This document shows positions 13,450 to 26,738 of a stretch of DNA of 64,000 nt, one piece after another. The position numbers and the translations under genes are program-made. The DNA lies in assembly GCA_013239625.1 (NCBI GenBank), contig MU054212.1:62001-126000 (forward strand), written 5' to 3'. The notes under the pieces were generated by a model. That model was not told the origin of the DNA. It saw only the letters and a program-made list of their open reading frames with translations, and did no database searches. Source of the stretch: Lama guanicoe. Taxonomy: Eukaryota. Numbering within the stretch: the stretch's first letter is position 1; every line of letters begins with the position of its first letter.

Positions 13450-13785
13450 CCACAGGGCCTTTGCTCATGCTAGTCTCCTCATCTGGAATGCTATTTTCCC
13501 AAGTCTGAACCTGGCTAACCTATCCTTCAGATTTCAGCTTAACTATTACTTCTCAGACTAGACTTGGTGCCCCATGAAACGTCCTCAGAACAGCCAGCAC
13601 TCTGCTTCATAGCACTTACCACAATTACAGTTCCATCCTTATTTGTGTAATTAAATCATTTTCTCTTTCCACTACACTAAAGGTCCATGAGGACAGCAGC
13701 CATTTTCTGTCTTATTCAATATAATTCACTTCAACAGCCAACACCGGTGACAAGCATACATTGAGTGTGCAATAAATACTTGTTA
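13450..13785 (+). mobile_element. L2 LINE 3' fragment
   Basis: 'cagggcctttgctcatgct...tctggaatgct...catagcacttaccaca...aataaatacttgtt'. Confidence 0.8.
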
Positions 13786-14094
13786 TAGACGGAGCTGAAG
13801 GGAGCAATAGTCACTTGTCTTGAGTACCTGCATAGGTCAGGCCAAGTGAAGCCTTGGATTTACCCACTCTCTTCCAAAAGAAACAGCCACTGTGCTAAAA
13901 TATTTGGATTAATAACATCATTTGATATTTTAGTTTGCATAGCATTTCCACTCCATTGGTGTGCTTGCAACAAAAGCTCCTTAAAACGGTGTCCAGAAGG
14001 CCAAAAATTTTCAAACATAGGGGATTAAGTCTGATGGATTGTAAGCTACTCTCAAAGTTAGTTAGAACTTTGTGAACTTTTTTTTTACTAACAG

Positions 14095-14202
14095 CATTGA
14101 ACGCATTCTCAGTCCATCTGAAAGTGCATCTCCTCCCTCTGGACGGCCAGCTAAAGATTACTCATTTGGTTTGAAGTAGTTTAATGAGCTATGACACAGA
14201 AG
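14095..14202 (+). pseudogene. Exon-like segment (108 nt) with an in-frame TGA
   Basis: Acceptor 'tttttttttactaacag', consensus donor AAG|GTAAGT; phase-1 reading LNAFSVHLKVHLLPLDGQLKITHLV*SSLMSYDTE has one stop (14172-14174); the other frames also have stops. Confidence 0.42.
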
Positions 14203-14873
14203 GTAAGTGGAAGAAAGCAACATGGCCAACGGAAAATGCTTATTTTATAAAATGTTAGGTTTCGGTGGCTTAAAATATTGCCTATATGCAGAATTGGCAT
14301 CTGAAGTTTTTTTTTCCCTCACCGTAAAAAGCTGTGACAACAACAAACATACTGTTTGATTAATAAAGTAACAAGGCTTGTGAATACCAGAGGTTTAGGG
14401 TGGCCAACTGGGGTGAGGGTTTTCTGAGAAGAGGAATTTCGATGCTAAAACGGAAAGAGTCCCTAGCAAATCAGTACAGAGCACCAACTGGGAATCCCCA
14501 CCTGGGAGTTTTAGTTTCAGCTCTGTTTGTATGGGGTGGATGTCTTCCCCCTGGAAGTTTGTGGAATTGTCTTAAAATGAAGCAATTAAAGGAAAACTGA
14601 TGCTCCTGCCAGCTCTGAAATGAAGGGCATTCAGGATTCTATGAAACGAAGAGGACAATGGTGCAGCAATAGTGATGGTTCAGAACCAGTGGGTGATAAT
14701 CTGAGTGTCCGCATTTGTAAGCCTTGGTGGCCTGAGGGCTTCAAATTGGAGCACAGAAGATTTGAGGGTTGTGGGGACCCTGTGTCCAGAGAGCTGACAG
14801 AGTGCAGAAGGCTCCACACACATTCGCTCATTTAATTGACTTACTCCTCATAAAACTCAGTGAGTTAGGTGGT

Positions 14874-15700
14874 TGTGAAACTGCGATTTAGAACAAGAAA
14901 TATATATTTGGTTTTCATCCACGTTCCTGGCACAGATCTCCTAAACCCTTGGGGTTTCCTAAGTGATGAGAGTGGTAAAGCTGTCTCTTTTTTTTTTGTT
15001 TTGTTAATGAAGTGATTTTTGGAAAGCCTCTCAGTAATCTAAGGGTGGAGGCTGGTTGCCAGGGGAACCAACCCCATGATTAGAGTGTTGGAACTTTCAG
15101 TCCCATCCCAGACTTCCACAGAACAGAGAGGGACTGGAGGCTGAATTAATCACCAAAGGCCAATGATGTCATCAATCATGCCTGTGTGATGAAGCCTTCA
15201 TCAAAACCTAAAAGGACAGGATTCAGAGAGCTTCTAGATTGATGATCACATGGAGATTTGGGGAGAATGGCGTGCTCGGAGATGGTGGAAGCTGTGTGCC
15301 TCTTCCCACACACTTTGCCCTTTGCGTATCTTCCATCTGGCTGTTCCTAAGTTATGTCCTTTTATAATAAACTGGTAAACATAAGTAAGTGTTTCTCTGA
15401 GTTCTGTGAGCATCTCTAGCAAATTAATCAAACCAAACCCAAGGATGGGGGTCTTGGGAGCCTCAGATTGATAGCTGGTAGGTCAGGAGCATAAGTGACA
15501 ACCTGGACTTGCCATTGGCTCCTGAAAAGGAGTTTTGCTAGAACTGAACTCTTAACCTGTGGGATCTGACACTATCCCCAGGTAGACAGTATGAGAATTG
15601 AGTGGGAATGTAGGACACTCAGCTGGGGTGGGAGAATTGTCTGGTGGTACAAGAGAAAACAAAACAAAACAAAACAACACATTGGAGTTGGTGTCTGACA
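14874..15700 (+). mobile_element. MER21-family ERVL solo LTR
   Basis: 'ggttgccaggggaaccaacc...attagagtgttggaactttcagtccc', 'ttttataataaactggtaaacataagtaagtgtttctctgagttctgtgagc', 'aacctgtgggatctgacactatccccaggtagacagt'. Confidence 0.88.
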
Positions 15701-16890
15701 TGGAGCGATATTCTCCTGACTCCCATTTTATAGGTGAGGACATGAAGGAAAGAGAGGTAAGTAAAGCTTTCTTGGGAGGCCACCCGTGAACTGCTAGACC
15801 ACATCGGTCCCACTCTGGGCCAGTCTTGCCCAAAGTCCCAGGGACTCCTTCAGAAAGGGCTGGGAGAGCAGAAGCCTGATCTGCTGCAGATTCCCTTGGT
15901 GTCCACTCACCACAACCACCAAGCTCACAAAGCAGCCCGGAACTGCCCAGAGGCACTGGGTTTTGAATAAGAAGAGACCCTGCCCCAGGCACTGTGTGCT
16001 AAGAGTGCGCGACCCAAGGGCATGCACTGTGAAAAGAGGAAATGTAAAAGGGTACTTAGGACGTCAGCTTCTTTGCACAGGCCTTGAACGTTTTCAGTCT
16101 AGAGTATGAGGTGCCCCACCGCCCCAGCCAGGCCCTCGCAGAATGAGGGGCCCAAGAGCAGGCGCTGTTCCGCAGGCTGGGGAGCCAGCACTCAGACAGC
16201 CACGGCGGGGGGCGGTGGGGGATGCTCCCCCCAGAAAAATGCAGAGTGAGAGAGGGAAGCCCGGAGGAGGAAAGGCACAAAGGTTAGTCCTGCTGGCAGG
16301 GCGAAGATAAGGTTGTGGGTGGAGGAGGAGAAAGGTAATGTCAGCCAAAGGCAATAAACAGGCCTTCCACGAGGGCCTCAGAGCAGCACTGGGGAGTCGA
16401 AAGAAATAAGCCCATTAATAAAAGAGAAGGGAAGGAAATGACTGCTTCGAGAATGTCTGGGACACTCAACTATTTTTAAAATATCTTAAGCAAGAAAACT
16501 AAAAAGCCCCTGCGTAATGAGCAGGGGATCAGCGTCAACCTGACAACCTTAAGAGCTAATGCTTAGTGAGGACAGCTGGGCACACCCGGTAGCCAGGGGC
16601 CTGCTTGTCAGACAGGTGAGATGCAGAAAGCTGTCATCTTAAGGAAAAGTCCACCACGCTGGTTATTTTCTCCGGGGAGGAGGCGGGGAGAACATCACGT
16701 CAGCCTCAGATTGATTTAGGTGCCCTCGCTTCGAGTCCTCTTGCTGGTTCTGAGACCTCAGCCCGTTCTCCTAGACCCTCCATCCATGACACGAAGCTTA
16801 CGTGGAACAGTACCTTCCCATGCGGCTCTTGTTGGGGTTGCATGAGTGCATACAAATGCATGGTCTGTAAACGGGAGTGATTTGCATTCA

Positions 16891-17227
16891 CAGTTCCACA
16901 ATCTCTTCTCCATAAAATACCAAATCCCCAAAACTGAAAACCAAAAGACTTTTGCTAACTCATTGGGCAATAGTAATCTGATCTAAAGTAATCTGAGTCA
17001 AAGCTAGCCTGACCTGATGCTAGACTATGTGTATTTTATATTTACCCTACTTAGTGGAAAAATTCATATATTTACCTATGAAGTGTTACTGTGTTTAATT
17101 AGGGGCTGCTGTCCCAGACCACAGTAGATGTTACATAATACACAGTATATGCACATTTCTTCCCTGAAATTTAAAAAAATTCGCATCACGTTGGTTCAAA
17201 GGGCTTCAGAGACATGCTTATGGACCC
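16891..17227. mobile_element. MER46C (TcMar-Tigger MITE)
   Basis: Ends 'cagttccacaatctctt' and 'cttatggacc'; internal 'gctgctgtcccagacc...tgttacataatacacagtatatgcac'. Confidence 0.8.
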
Positions 17228-18184
17228 AAATCATGGTGACTCTCCCATCCACCCCGTCATGAGCAGCAGCACAGCTCTGGCATGGAATCCGGACATCACA
17301 GTCCAAGGAGAGGACCAGGCTCAGAATAGATTCCCACCAGATTCCACGAGGCCTCGGCTCCGGCAGCCCTGATCAAGAAAATGGCAAAGGGGAGCCTAAT
17401 TTATTAGCTGCTAATGTTGTTATGCAACAAACTTGATCTCTGAGCTGCAAAAACCCAGTTGGAAGAGGTAAAAATGTGAAGTGATCGTAGTGACTGAAGT
17501 GTAAGTTCAGAAAATAGATGGGTTTCATGGGAAGAAGTTTCCAGTAGTCAGAATGACACTAACGCTCATGAAAAACTTTAAAAAGAGGTGCCGGTTGTGT
17601 TTAGCCTTAAGTTCTTTTTCTCTTGTGGTTTAGTTTCAGTCCTATCAGTTTCAGGCAGGATCCTGAGCATACGGATATAATAAGCAAGCAGCAAGTCTCT
17701 GCAGTGTCTGCAGCTTTCAAAGAACAAAGGGAAGCGAAGACCCAAGTTACAACTGGAAATCTGGACATGCAGACGATGGGAAGGAATATGCGAACTGGGC
17801 GGTCAGGATTCAGGGGCAAGATGGGTGAGGATGGTAAGGGAGAGGGAAGAGTGCTCACCGTGGCACTGGGCGGGGAGAAACTGGTGAAGAGGAACGAGGT
17901 GCCATCCTCCCTAGGACTTCTCATGGACGGCGAATGAGCGTGTGTGGGCATGTGTCTTGTGTGCCGCGCACACATCTTCTCGGTCCACATTCTACCCTTC
18001 ACCAAGTTTCTCTCCTCCCCCCCGAACATACTGGGATGCCCACATTTCCACCCACCACTGAAGTAGGAAATGTACTTTCAGCAACTCTGATGTATCTCAG
18101 GCCTAGGACAGGGCTCAGGCAACTACTGCCCAAGCTCCCCTCTGACACATCACTGCATCTTCTTTCCAGGTTGCTAAGGAGACC

Positions 18185-18360
18185 GGTGGCACAGCGGTTA
18201 GGAGCATGGCCCAGGAGTCCCCATGCTGGAGTGTGAGTTCCAACCCTGTACGAGCTTGGTTACATTATTTAATATCGCTCAGTTCAGTCTCCCCTTCTGC
18301 AGAATGGGATCATAGCCATCACACCTTACTCATGGAGGTTTTGTGAGGATTAAATGAGAC
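18185..18360 (+). mobile_element. MIR SINE
   Basis: 'ggcacagcggttaggagcatgg...tctgcagaatgggat...tttgtgaggattaaatgaga'. Confidence 0.8.
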
Positions 18361-19718
18361 GACTCCTCCAAAGGTGACCAGAAGCTGACCGTGGGGTCCA
18401 GCACATAGTTTCTCTCTCTGTGGACTCAGCATCCTCTGCTTGTGGCAGATCTGGGTCTCTCAGCCACGCCAAGCAGCCCGTCTTGCAAGCAGCCCAATCC
18501 CCGTGAAGACAACTGAACCCGAAATAAAAACAGCATTTTGAGGTTTCCCTGGCCAACAGCTCTCAATCTGGGGATTCATAATTTTCTTAATCATCTTAAG
18601 CCTGCAGTCCCCAAATCTCTCAGCTAACTTGCCCTGCTGCTCCCTCCTTTCCCACTCACAGCACACTCACTCATGGCTCCTTTTTCTCCTCTTGACACAC
18701 TTGTCAGTTGTGACAGTGTCCAGGATAATCCCAGTTGTGTGGTTTTGCTTTGAGGGGACTAACAGGATGGAACCCGGACTGAGTTTACAAACAATGTCTA
18801 AGATGCCTGCCTTGCTGGGGTTCTTGCAAAACTTCCAAGGTTTACTGGTGGACAGGACTCCCAGAATCTTTTTTCAACTTCAGATAAGAAATTCTGGAAG
18901 AGAGACCACTCAAATGATACCTTTAGAATCTGAAAAATGCTCATTTGCCTTTCTCCTGCTTCTGATTTACGTTGAGAGATGTGTCTTTGAATGTTGGAGC
19001 ACTCTCCTTTATTTTATGCTCCCAGTGCAGTTGCATCATCAAAACCGGGAAGGATGGGACTATAAGAGGACTCAGAGTACAGCTGGGGATGGTGCCAGCA
19101 CCACCTTGGTCATTGACCCTGTCCTCCAGAGGCAGGTCAAGATACAGCAAAGGCATTACTTACTGAATCCTGATTCTGAAAAGAGTATGGGAATTGCTTC
19201 AGTAAAATAAACAGTAAGGATTTAAAAATAAGACATGAGAATTAGAAGATATGAGAGAATAGGTCCATGGAGCACATATAGCATATTTCGCAAAAATAAG
19301 AAATATCTTTAACACTTGCTAGAATGTCACCCAGAGATAATTACAATGTTTGTCAAGCACTCCCTGAGAGGCACACTGGCGAGCATGTTACGATTCCGTA
19401 ACATGGGTATGGTGGCTGTTTTGACCTGCCTCAGAAAGAAGAGAAAACCGAGGTTCAGGAGACCAGTAACTGGTGGGGCCAGGATTCAAATTTCGGACTG
19501 TCTGTTGCCAAAGCCAGCAAATTGCTACGTGCCTTAGTCATTACATTTTTTTTAGGATTGATTATTTCAGTCATAATACAACATCAGCAGTGAATGTAGA
19601 AATGTAACCGGATTTTCTTCCTCCTTTTTAACTCATACGCTCTCCTATTTCCTGATGATGCCTTTTTGCAATTTTATTAATTTATTCATGTATTTATTCA
19701 ACCACTCACTCACTTATT

Positions 19719-19758
19719 TGGCGCGCGCGCTCTCTCTCTTTTTCTTTCTTTTTCAAAT

Positions 19759-19795
<37 letters not shown>
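19719..19795. repeat. (GC)n(TC)n and (CA)n microsatellites
   Basis: Visible ggcgcgcgcgctctctctct and a pure CA run at about 19760-19795. Confidence 0.95.
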
Positions 19796-19798
<3 letters not shown>

Positions 19799-20301
19799 GG
19801 ATTACTATTGAGTCACCGTCCTTGAAGAAATTTCTTCAAAGTTTGCTACAAAGTGTAGATTCGCACATTTCACCAGAAGATAAGCGTAAACAGAAATGGC
19901 AGAGGAAAACCAGTTTCGAGACAAAGGGAAGAGAAGTCCTCTTACCACTATGAAAGCCTGCTCAATAAAATGTTATTTACTGACGGCCATTTGACCAGAT
20001 CCCCACTGTTCGGAAGCTGCACTGCACATTCCTATGAAGAAGAGGAGAAGTTTCTTTGTGCGTAGGGTAGAGACATTTCACTTTCTGTTTCTGATAATGA
20101 GGGGGTCAGAGTCTGTATGGTGCCGTCAAAGATCTTCTGAAACAGCACGAAAGCAGCTCACGCGCATTTTCTGAGAGAGGGCAGAGCTGGGTTAGCGTGT
20201 TGCTTGACTGAGGGCCATGATAACTGTCCGCAGAGATTTAAAGGGTGTAAAGGAAGGCTTTATTGCTTTAAAATGTCTCAGTACTAACTGAGTTTACTAA
20301 G

Positions 20302-20651
20302 ATGCAGAAGAAGAGTCTGGTGAGGTGTTTCTGAGCCCCAGAGCCTCAGAAGGTTTGTACTTGGGGCCTGTGGGCTACAGCCCAGCCAGGGAGAGGGCCC
20401 TGGACACTGGGTGCAGACAGACTGTATCCGAGGGCAGAGGTGAAGCCACAGAAGACAGTGGCGCCTCCACTGGCCTCCACGAAGACACCATGCGGGAGAA
20501 CGATGACAGTTTAATGGCACTGCAGAGCAGGGGAAAGGGCTCATTAACACTCCACGGAGGAGGGGGAGAGCAGCGGCCCCTCCAGTGGCAGGAAAGCCTA
20601 GAGGGAGGGACTGCGGCGCAGGGAGGCGGAGGGCGGGCTGTCTGCCTGCAG
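20302..20651 (+). CDS. Candidate internal coding exon (350 nt), acidic Gly/Ser-rich, probably disordered; gene unidentified
   Basis: TACTAAC branch point at 20282-20288, AG at 20300-20301, donor CAG|GTGAGC; stop-free frame AEEESGEVFLSPRASE...GGGGRAVCLQ; GC-richer than flanks. The polypyrimidine tract is weak. Confidence 0.45.
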
Positions 20652-21749
20652 GTGAGCAGAGACCCATTTTATCTCGTTCTCCTGTGACCATCCACCTTTC
20701 CTCTACGTCTCTTTGGAACTTCCGTGGAAGCGTGGGATGAGGGCAGGGTAAAGGCTCTCAGAGTAGCCAAAATTCCTTTCTGGCACCTGTGGTGGAAGGC
20801 TCTCTAGATTAATTCAGAACGATTAATTATTATGAAGTTGTTAAGGCTAAAGTTTCTTGGAACACTTATGGATATCATTTATCCAGATAACAGGTCCCAT
20901 GTTTTTGTGGATAATTGGATTTTGGAGATTTATGCACTAATTCGGGGGTGGGAGGAGGACGTTGTTGCACAACAAAAACGGAAACACATGGAAAGGAATC
21001 ACGCTGAATGTTATCTATTGTCCAGGATGAAGGCTGACTGACTGTACAGAGCTTAGGTTTTTAGTGACCTGTAAGTGCCCTTGGAGAGCGGGCAAATTGA
21101 TGAAGTCTTCTGACTGGAGTAAAGTCACATAATGAAGAGATTATTTGTAACAGACCCAGCCAACTACGGGGCACTCAGAGCCGGCAACCCCTAACCCCAC
21201 CAAAATAAACCCCTCTGGAGCACATGGCATGGAGATGAAGGGAACTTCCCCTAAGCCTTACGTAAGAGGTGGCTAATGATTTCTTTACAAATACTGAATA
21301 GTGTAAGCCTAAACAAGAGGCAAAATGTCTTAGTTTCATCCAAACACTATAAATGAAGTTAAATGGGAACATACGGTTATTTAACATTTCTATAGGACTG
21401 TCTTGTTTGCCAAAAGATTTATAATCACTCATCTCTTAATATTCATAGCATCCCCCTAAAGCACAGTTTCCCATACCGGGACTTCTTCAGAACTGTGGGG
21501 ACGGTGGAAGAATTCCAAGAGGGTCATGGGGATTTGAGCTGCAGTATTTCAAACAGCTGTCCGGTGGCAATGGAAAACTGCGGGCTGGAGGAGGGAGGTA
21601 TGGCGGTCCCAGAATCCCGAGTTCCCTGGACAAGTCTCCCCCTGAGACCTGGGCAGCTTCTCAGGATCAGGCCTGCTTCCCTGCAGCATCCTAGGCTCCG
21701 CCTGTTCTCCTCTAGAGGCACCAGCTCTTGCCTGAGCTGCTGGAGAACA

Positions 21750-21915
21750 TGGCATAGAAGATTTGGGGAACTGTGTTTGAATCCCAGCCTTGGTCCTTGT
21801 TTACTGGATGACTCTGGCAAGTTTCTTACCCTCTCTGAGCCTTAAGTACTACATTTGCAAAATGTTAGATAATCATACATGTTGTGCGGAGTTGTAATAA
21901 AGAACAAGAGGAATC
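21750..21915 (+). mobile_element. MIR SINE
   Basis: 'tgtttgaatcccagc...tgactctggcaagtttcttaccctctctgagcct...atttgcaaaatg'. Confidence 0.8.
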
Positions 21916-21916
21916 G

Positions 21917-22945
21917 TGCAGTATTTGTCTTTCTGTGAAAGACTTATTTCACTTAACATGATATCCGCAAGGTTCACTTAGGTGGTTGCATATTTGCAGA
22001 ATTACCTTCTCTTTTAAAGGTTATATAGCATTCCATTGCATGCACAGTCCACACTTTCTTTACTCATTCATCTATCAATGGACATTTAGTTCGTTTCCAC
22101 ATCCTGGTTTTGTGAATAGTGCTGCAGTGAACATGGGAAAGCTAATAGCTGTTTGAGAGCCTGATTTCGGTTCTTTCAGATAAATACCTAGAAGTAGGAT
22201 TGCTGGATCATATGGTAGTTCTATTTTTAATTTTTTGAGGAATCTCCATACTGTTTTCCATAGCGGCTGCACCAATTTATAGCCCCACCAACCACACACA
22301 AGGGTTTCCTTTTCTCCACATTGTCACCAACACTTGCTTTTTGTTGTCTTTTTGATAATAGCCACTCTGACAGGTGTGAAGTGATATCTCTTTGCAGTTT
22401 TGATTTGCATTTCCCTGACGATTAGTGATGCTGAGCATCCTTTCACGTGTCTGCGGCCATCTGTGTGTCCTCCTTGGGAATATGTCTACTCAGGTCCTCT
22501 TCCTCTGTCCATTTTTAATCAGATTTTTTTTTGTATTGAGTTCCTCATATAATTTGGATATTAACCCTTACAGAGTATATCTTTTGAAAATATCTTCTCC
22601 CATTCAGTAGGTTGCTTTTTTTGTTTTGTTGATGGTTTCCTTCATTGTGCAAAAGCTTTTTATTTGCTGTAGTCTTTTTTTTAAATTGAAGTATAGTCAG
22701 TTTACAATGTTGTGTCAATATCTGGTGTACAGCATAATAGTTCAGTCATACATATAATACATATATTCGTTTTCATATTCTTTTTCATTATAGGTTACTA
22801 CAAGATATTGAATATAGTTCCCTGTGCTCTACAGTGTAAACTTGTAGTTTATCTATTTTATATATAGTCGTTAGTACCTGCAAATCTCGAACTAATGCAG
22901 TCCTATATGTTTATTTTTGCTTTTGCTGCTCTTGCCTGGGGTGTG
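21917..22945 (-). mobile_element. L1 (L1MA-type) ORF2 C-terminus/3'UTR fragment
   Basis: ORF 22075-22299 gives [38 protein letters not shown], the L1 ORF2 C-terminal signature. Confidence 0.93.
22675..22893 (-). mobile_element. Younger short L1 3' end nested in the older L1 (cetartiodactyl/camelid-type)
   Basis: Poly(T)+'aaattgaagtatagtcagtttacaatgttgtgtcaa...ataggttactacaagatattgaatatagttccctgtgct'; host L1 resumes at about 22894. Confidence 0.88.
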
Positions 22946-23609
22946 CTCCTGTTTTTATTCATGAAAAATCCTAGCTTTAGCAGAGTCTAGTGACTTTTAT
23001 TTCCAGGACAAATATGATAAAATTTTTTTTTTAAGGGCAATAGATGATTTCTTGTCTTAAATAGAGAATTTGCACCTTCAGATGTGTTGATGGCCATTCA
23101 GTCAGGACCTTGCCCTTCACAGAAGTTATCCCAATTGGGAAATTTCTTCACACTTTCTTATGTTCCATGTCCTAGTCTTTAAGCTGGGTTGAAGAGGGAG
23201 GTGGGGGTTACAGAATTCAGTAACAGCAGCGGTGACCACGGCACTTGCAGACCAACTGCAGCCCTTTATTTTGGAGCATCGCTATTCTCAAGGGAAGTGT
23301 CATGTGATCAGAGTTCCAGAAAACTGAGCAATCTGATGACTCAGATACTCACTAATAACGAAAAAGTCATCATTTAGTGTGTTGGTGAGTCAGGGGTAGG
23401 AGAGAGATTTCTTTGTGTACAACCCTCCAGCTGCCAATCTCTGCAGGAGGAGAAACCAAAAGTTGACAACTAACAGTTGTCTCTTACATTTTAGGAGATT
23501 TCCTGTTAGCTTAAATTATAGCCCTGAACTTCCCCTAACATAAATTTCTTGCAAACAGCTGATTCAGAAAGCCTCACCTTGCTTAAAATGAGTAATCAAA
23601 ACGGAACTA

Positions 23610-26600
23610 GCACAGTACCTGTACATTAAAAAAAAAAGACTAAAGAAATAAGGAAACAAATTGCGAGGTGAAAAAGATTCACTAGAAAAATATTTGCCAC
23701 AAAACAGGTGACATTTGTTACCTAACATACCATCATGAATTTAAAAAGGAAAAAACAACTTCGTGAAGCAATAGCCTTTAAAAAACAGAAGGTTAGAAAA
23801 ACAAAACAGATATATTCAGGAAATATTCATCAAGACAAGAGGTGAAACAAGAACAGACAGAACTTAGCAAAGAAGGTAACCTAGGAATAAAGGCCACAGT
23901 GGAAGCAATAGAGAAAAGATCAGTTCAGCTGGAAACACGCCACGTACTGACAGGAGGAGAGTGAGGAAAATGAACGAAATTAAATGGAAATGAACAAAGG
24001 TTTATAAAGAATCGGCAGGAAGGCGATAGATATGAAGGGCAGACAGTAGATGAAATCTACCTGAAAAAGAATACAGTAAGTATGGAACAGGAATAATATT
24101 TTAATAAAGTGTAAACATTTCCTGTATTATAAATGACTGAGCAATTCAGATTGAAAGGGGCTACTCTGTTGCAGGAGAAATTAACACAGAATGATAAACA
24201 CTGAGACATAGCCTAGAAAAGTTATTGGACTTTATAGATACAAAAGAATCCTCTGGGCTTTCTGAGAGTAACATCAAGTCACCTATCAAGAGACTCGAAA
24301 AAACTCAAGCTCATATTAGGTTTCACCACCATACTCAGAAAAGCTAGAAGAGATTTGTCTGCAGTACACAACCAAAGAATTTTATAACCAGCCAAATCAT
24401 TTCTGAGCAAAAAAGCAGAAGACAAACACGCTGAATATACAAAAACAGAGAAAATTTAAAGTCCCATGTATGAGACTAGTTCCTTTGTGTTTTGCTTTTT
24501 AGTACCAATCAACATAAACTAATGTAACTAATAAAGTAAATACACTTGATATGCATAGAACTCTATACCTTGAGAAGATACTTTTCCAAATGCTTTTGGA
24601 ATAGTCAAAAAATTGTCTACATATTTACAGCCAGAGAGAAAATCTCAATAAATCCTTAAAATTAGAATGAGTACAGAAAACCTCTGATCACAAAGCAATT
24701 CATTTAAAAATTAGTAATAAAATTAGGGGGAGAAAAAAAAATTCCTCTACCTGGAAATGCTAAAATACTCTTTCTTGTACAACTCTACAATCAGGGATAT
24801 ATCTGAATAATATTAAAAAAAATAAAAATAGTTACATTACTGTTTAGCAGAACCTACCAGATAGAACTAGAGCAGAACTCAATAAAATGTGAAGTATTTA
24901 TATTAATATTATGAAAAGAAATAAGTGCCTAGGCATGTCTACCTAAAAAGTAAACATTTAACAAAAAAATACAAATTATATAAGAGAAGATAATTTTAAA
25001 ATGCTATTGAGAAACAAAAGATTTCAAGAACTGGAAAGGCATACCATATTCTTAAACAGAAAGATTTAAAACAAAAATTTTAATTCTCCCTTGAAAAATC
25101 TGTAAATGGAATGCAAGTCCAATAAAGATAAATATTTTTTAAAACATTAGAAAGCAAGGCACTGTTAGTTTGTGCCAGCAGAAATAAACAGACAGCAGAA
25201 GGAGTCACACAACTTTAACTATTTGATGCTCAGACAGAGTATAAATTGGTATGCTAATTTTATTTAAATAAATGAGAGATAAGCTTTGAAATATATGCAA
25301 GGAATAGGAGACAATAAAAAGTGACATATGGGTTTGAAAAAGACCAACTAGAACTTCTTAAAATGAAAAATACAGTAACAAATTAAAAAGTCAATGGATG
25401 GGTGTGACAAAATTAGACACAACAGGAGAGAGAATTAGATAATAAATTATATAGAATTGTAGTGCAGAGAGGCAAAGGAGTGGAAAATATGAGAGCGAGG
25501 CTAATAGATATGGAAGATAGAAAAGGTTTCTCTTCTCAAAGAAAGTCTTCTTTCTCAAAAGTGTAAACGGTATTTCAGAAGGCAAGAAATGAAAAGAATG
25601 GAGGGGAGTGGAGTGATGAACAAATAATAAGAGATCTTAAATTTAAATGAATATAAATTCACATCAAGGCATAAGCAGCCAGACTTGCTGTGGGATGGTG
25701 TGTAGGGATTAATGAATAAGACTAGCCCTAACAGATGTCAAAATACAAGGCAATGTACTATTAATTAATATGGCGTGGTACTGGTATAGCAGTAAATAGA
25801 TAGGTCTATGAAATAGAATTTTAAAAGTCCAGAAATAAATCAAAGATTATATGGGAATTTAGTATATGACAAAACTTGGCAGCTCAATTCAGTAGGGAAA
25901 AGATGGTTCATTCAATAACTGATACTGAAATATACAAGCCTCTGGGGAAAAAACGTATACTTGGATTCCAGCTTCATACATTATTTCAATTAAATTCTAG
26001 ATGCACCCAAAATTTAGAAGGTAACAAAACCCCAGAAAAGTGATAGAAGGAAAAATAAAATATATTTTAAAAATAAACTCAAGTGTAGTAAAGGCCTTAC
26101 TCTGTATAACAAAAAACTGAGAAACCATAAAAAAAATACAGTGGTAAAATATTTTCTAAATGTGTCTTCAACAACAATATCATAAGCGAATAAAAAGGAA
26201 TAAACCACAGCTTATATTACTGAATAAAGACAAATTTTCCTGAATGTATGAAGAACCTGTACAAGTAATAATCTTATGCAAAAAAAAATCAAATGTAAAA
26301 ACGGACGAAAGCTCTACAACATTTCACCAAAAAACAAAATAAAACTGGCTTCTAACCATAGAAAAAGACGCCCAACTCCACTCATAAAAAGAGAAATGCA
26401 AATTTAAACTAAACCGTAATACTACTCTTCTATCAGGGTGACAAAAAGATGAAAACATCTGAATATGTTGTGCTGACAAGGATGAAAGCAAAGTTTCGCT
26501 TGGGTCTTGCCGGTGAGAATGTAACTTGGTACGATCTTCTTGGAGAGCACTTGGTTCTGTGCACCAAGATCGTAAATCACGTGCTCTTTGACCTGGCAAC

Positions 26601-26705
26601 TTTACTTCTAGGAATTTATCTTACAGATATATTCACCAATATATGAGCTCAGGAATATTCATTACAACATTGTAAAAACAAAAGCTTGGAAACAACGTAA
26701 ATCCT
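23610..26705 (+). mobile_element. Highly degraded old L1 (L1ME-like) fragments spanning ORF1 to ORF2 end
   Basis: A-rich sense strand; remnants 'caaagaattttataaccagccaaat', 'gcgtggtactggtatag', 'tttgacctggcaactttacttctaggaatttatc'. Confidence 0.8.
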
Positions 26706-26738
26706 TATCTTATCTTTGGGGAACTTATGAGCCTCGTG

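Noticed and set aside
16100..16330. GC-rich patch as a CpG-island promoter
   Set aside because: Short with modest CpG density; not island-like.
18629..19210. 193-aa ORF, and TGKDGTIR (WD40-like) in the overlapping frame
   Set aside because: TTG start, no domain; the motif lacks the following W-D and repeat context.
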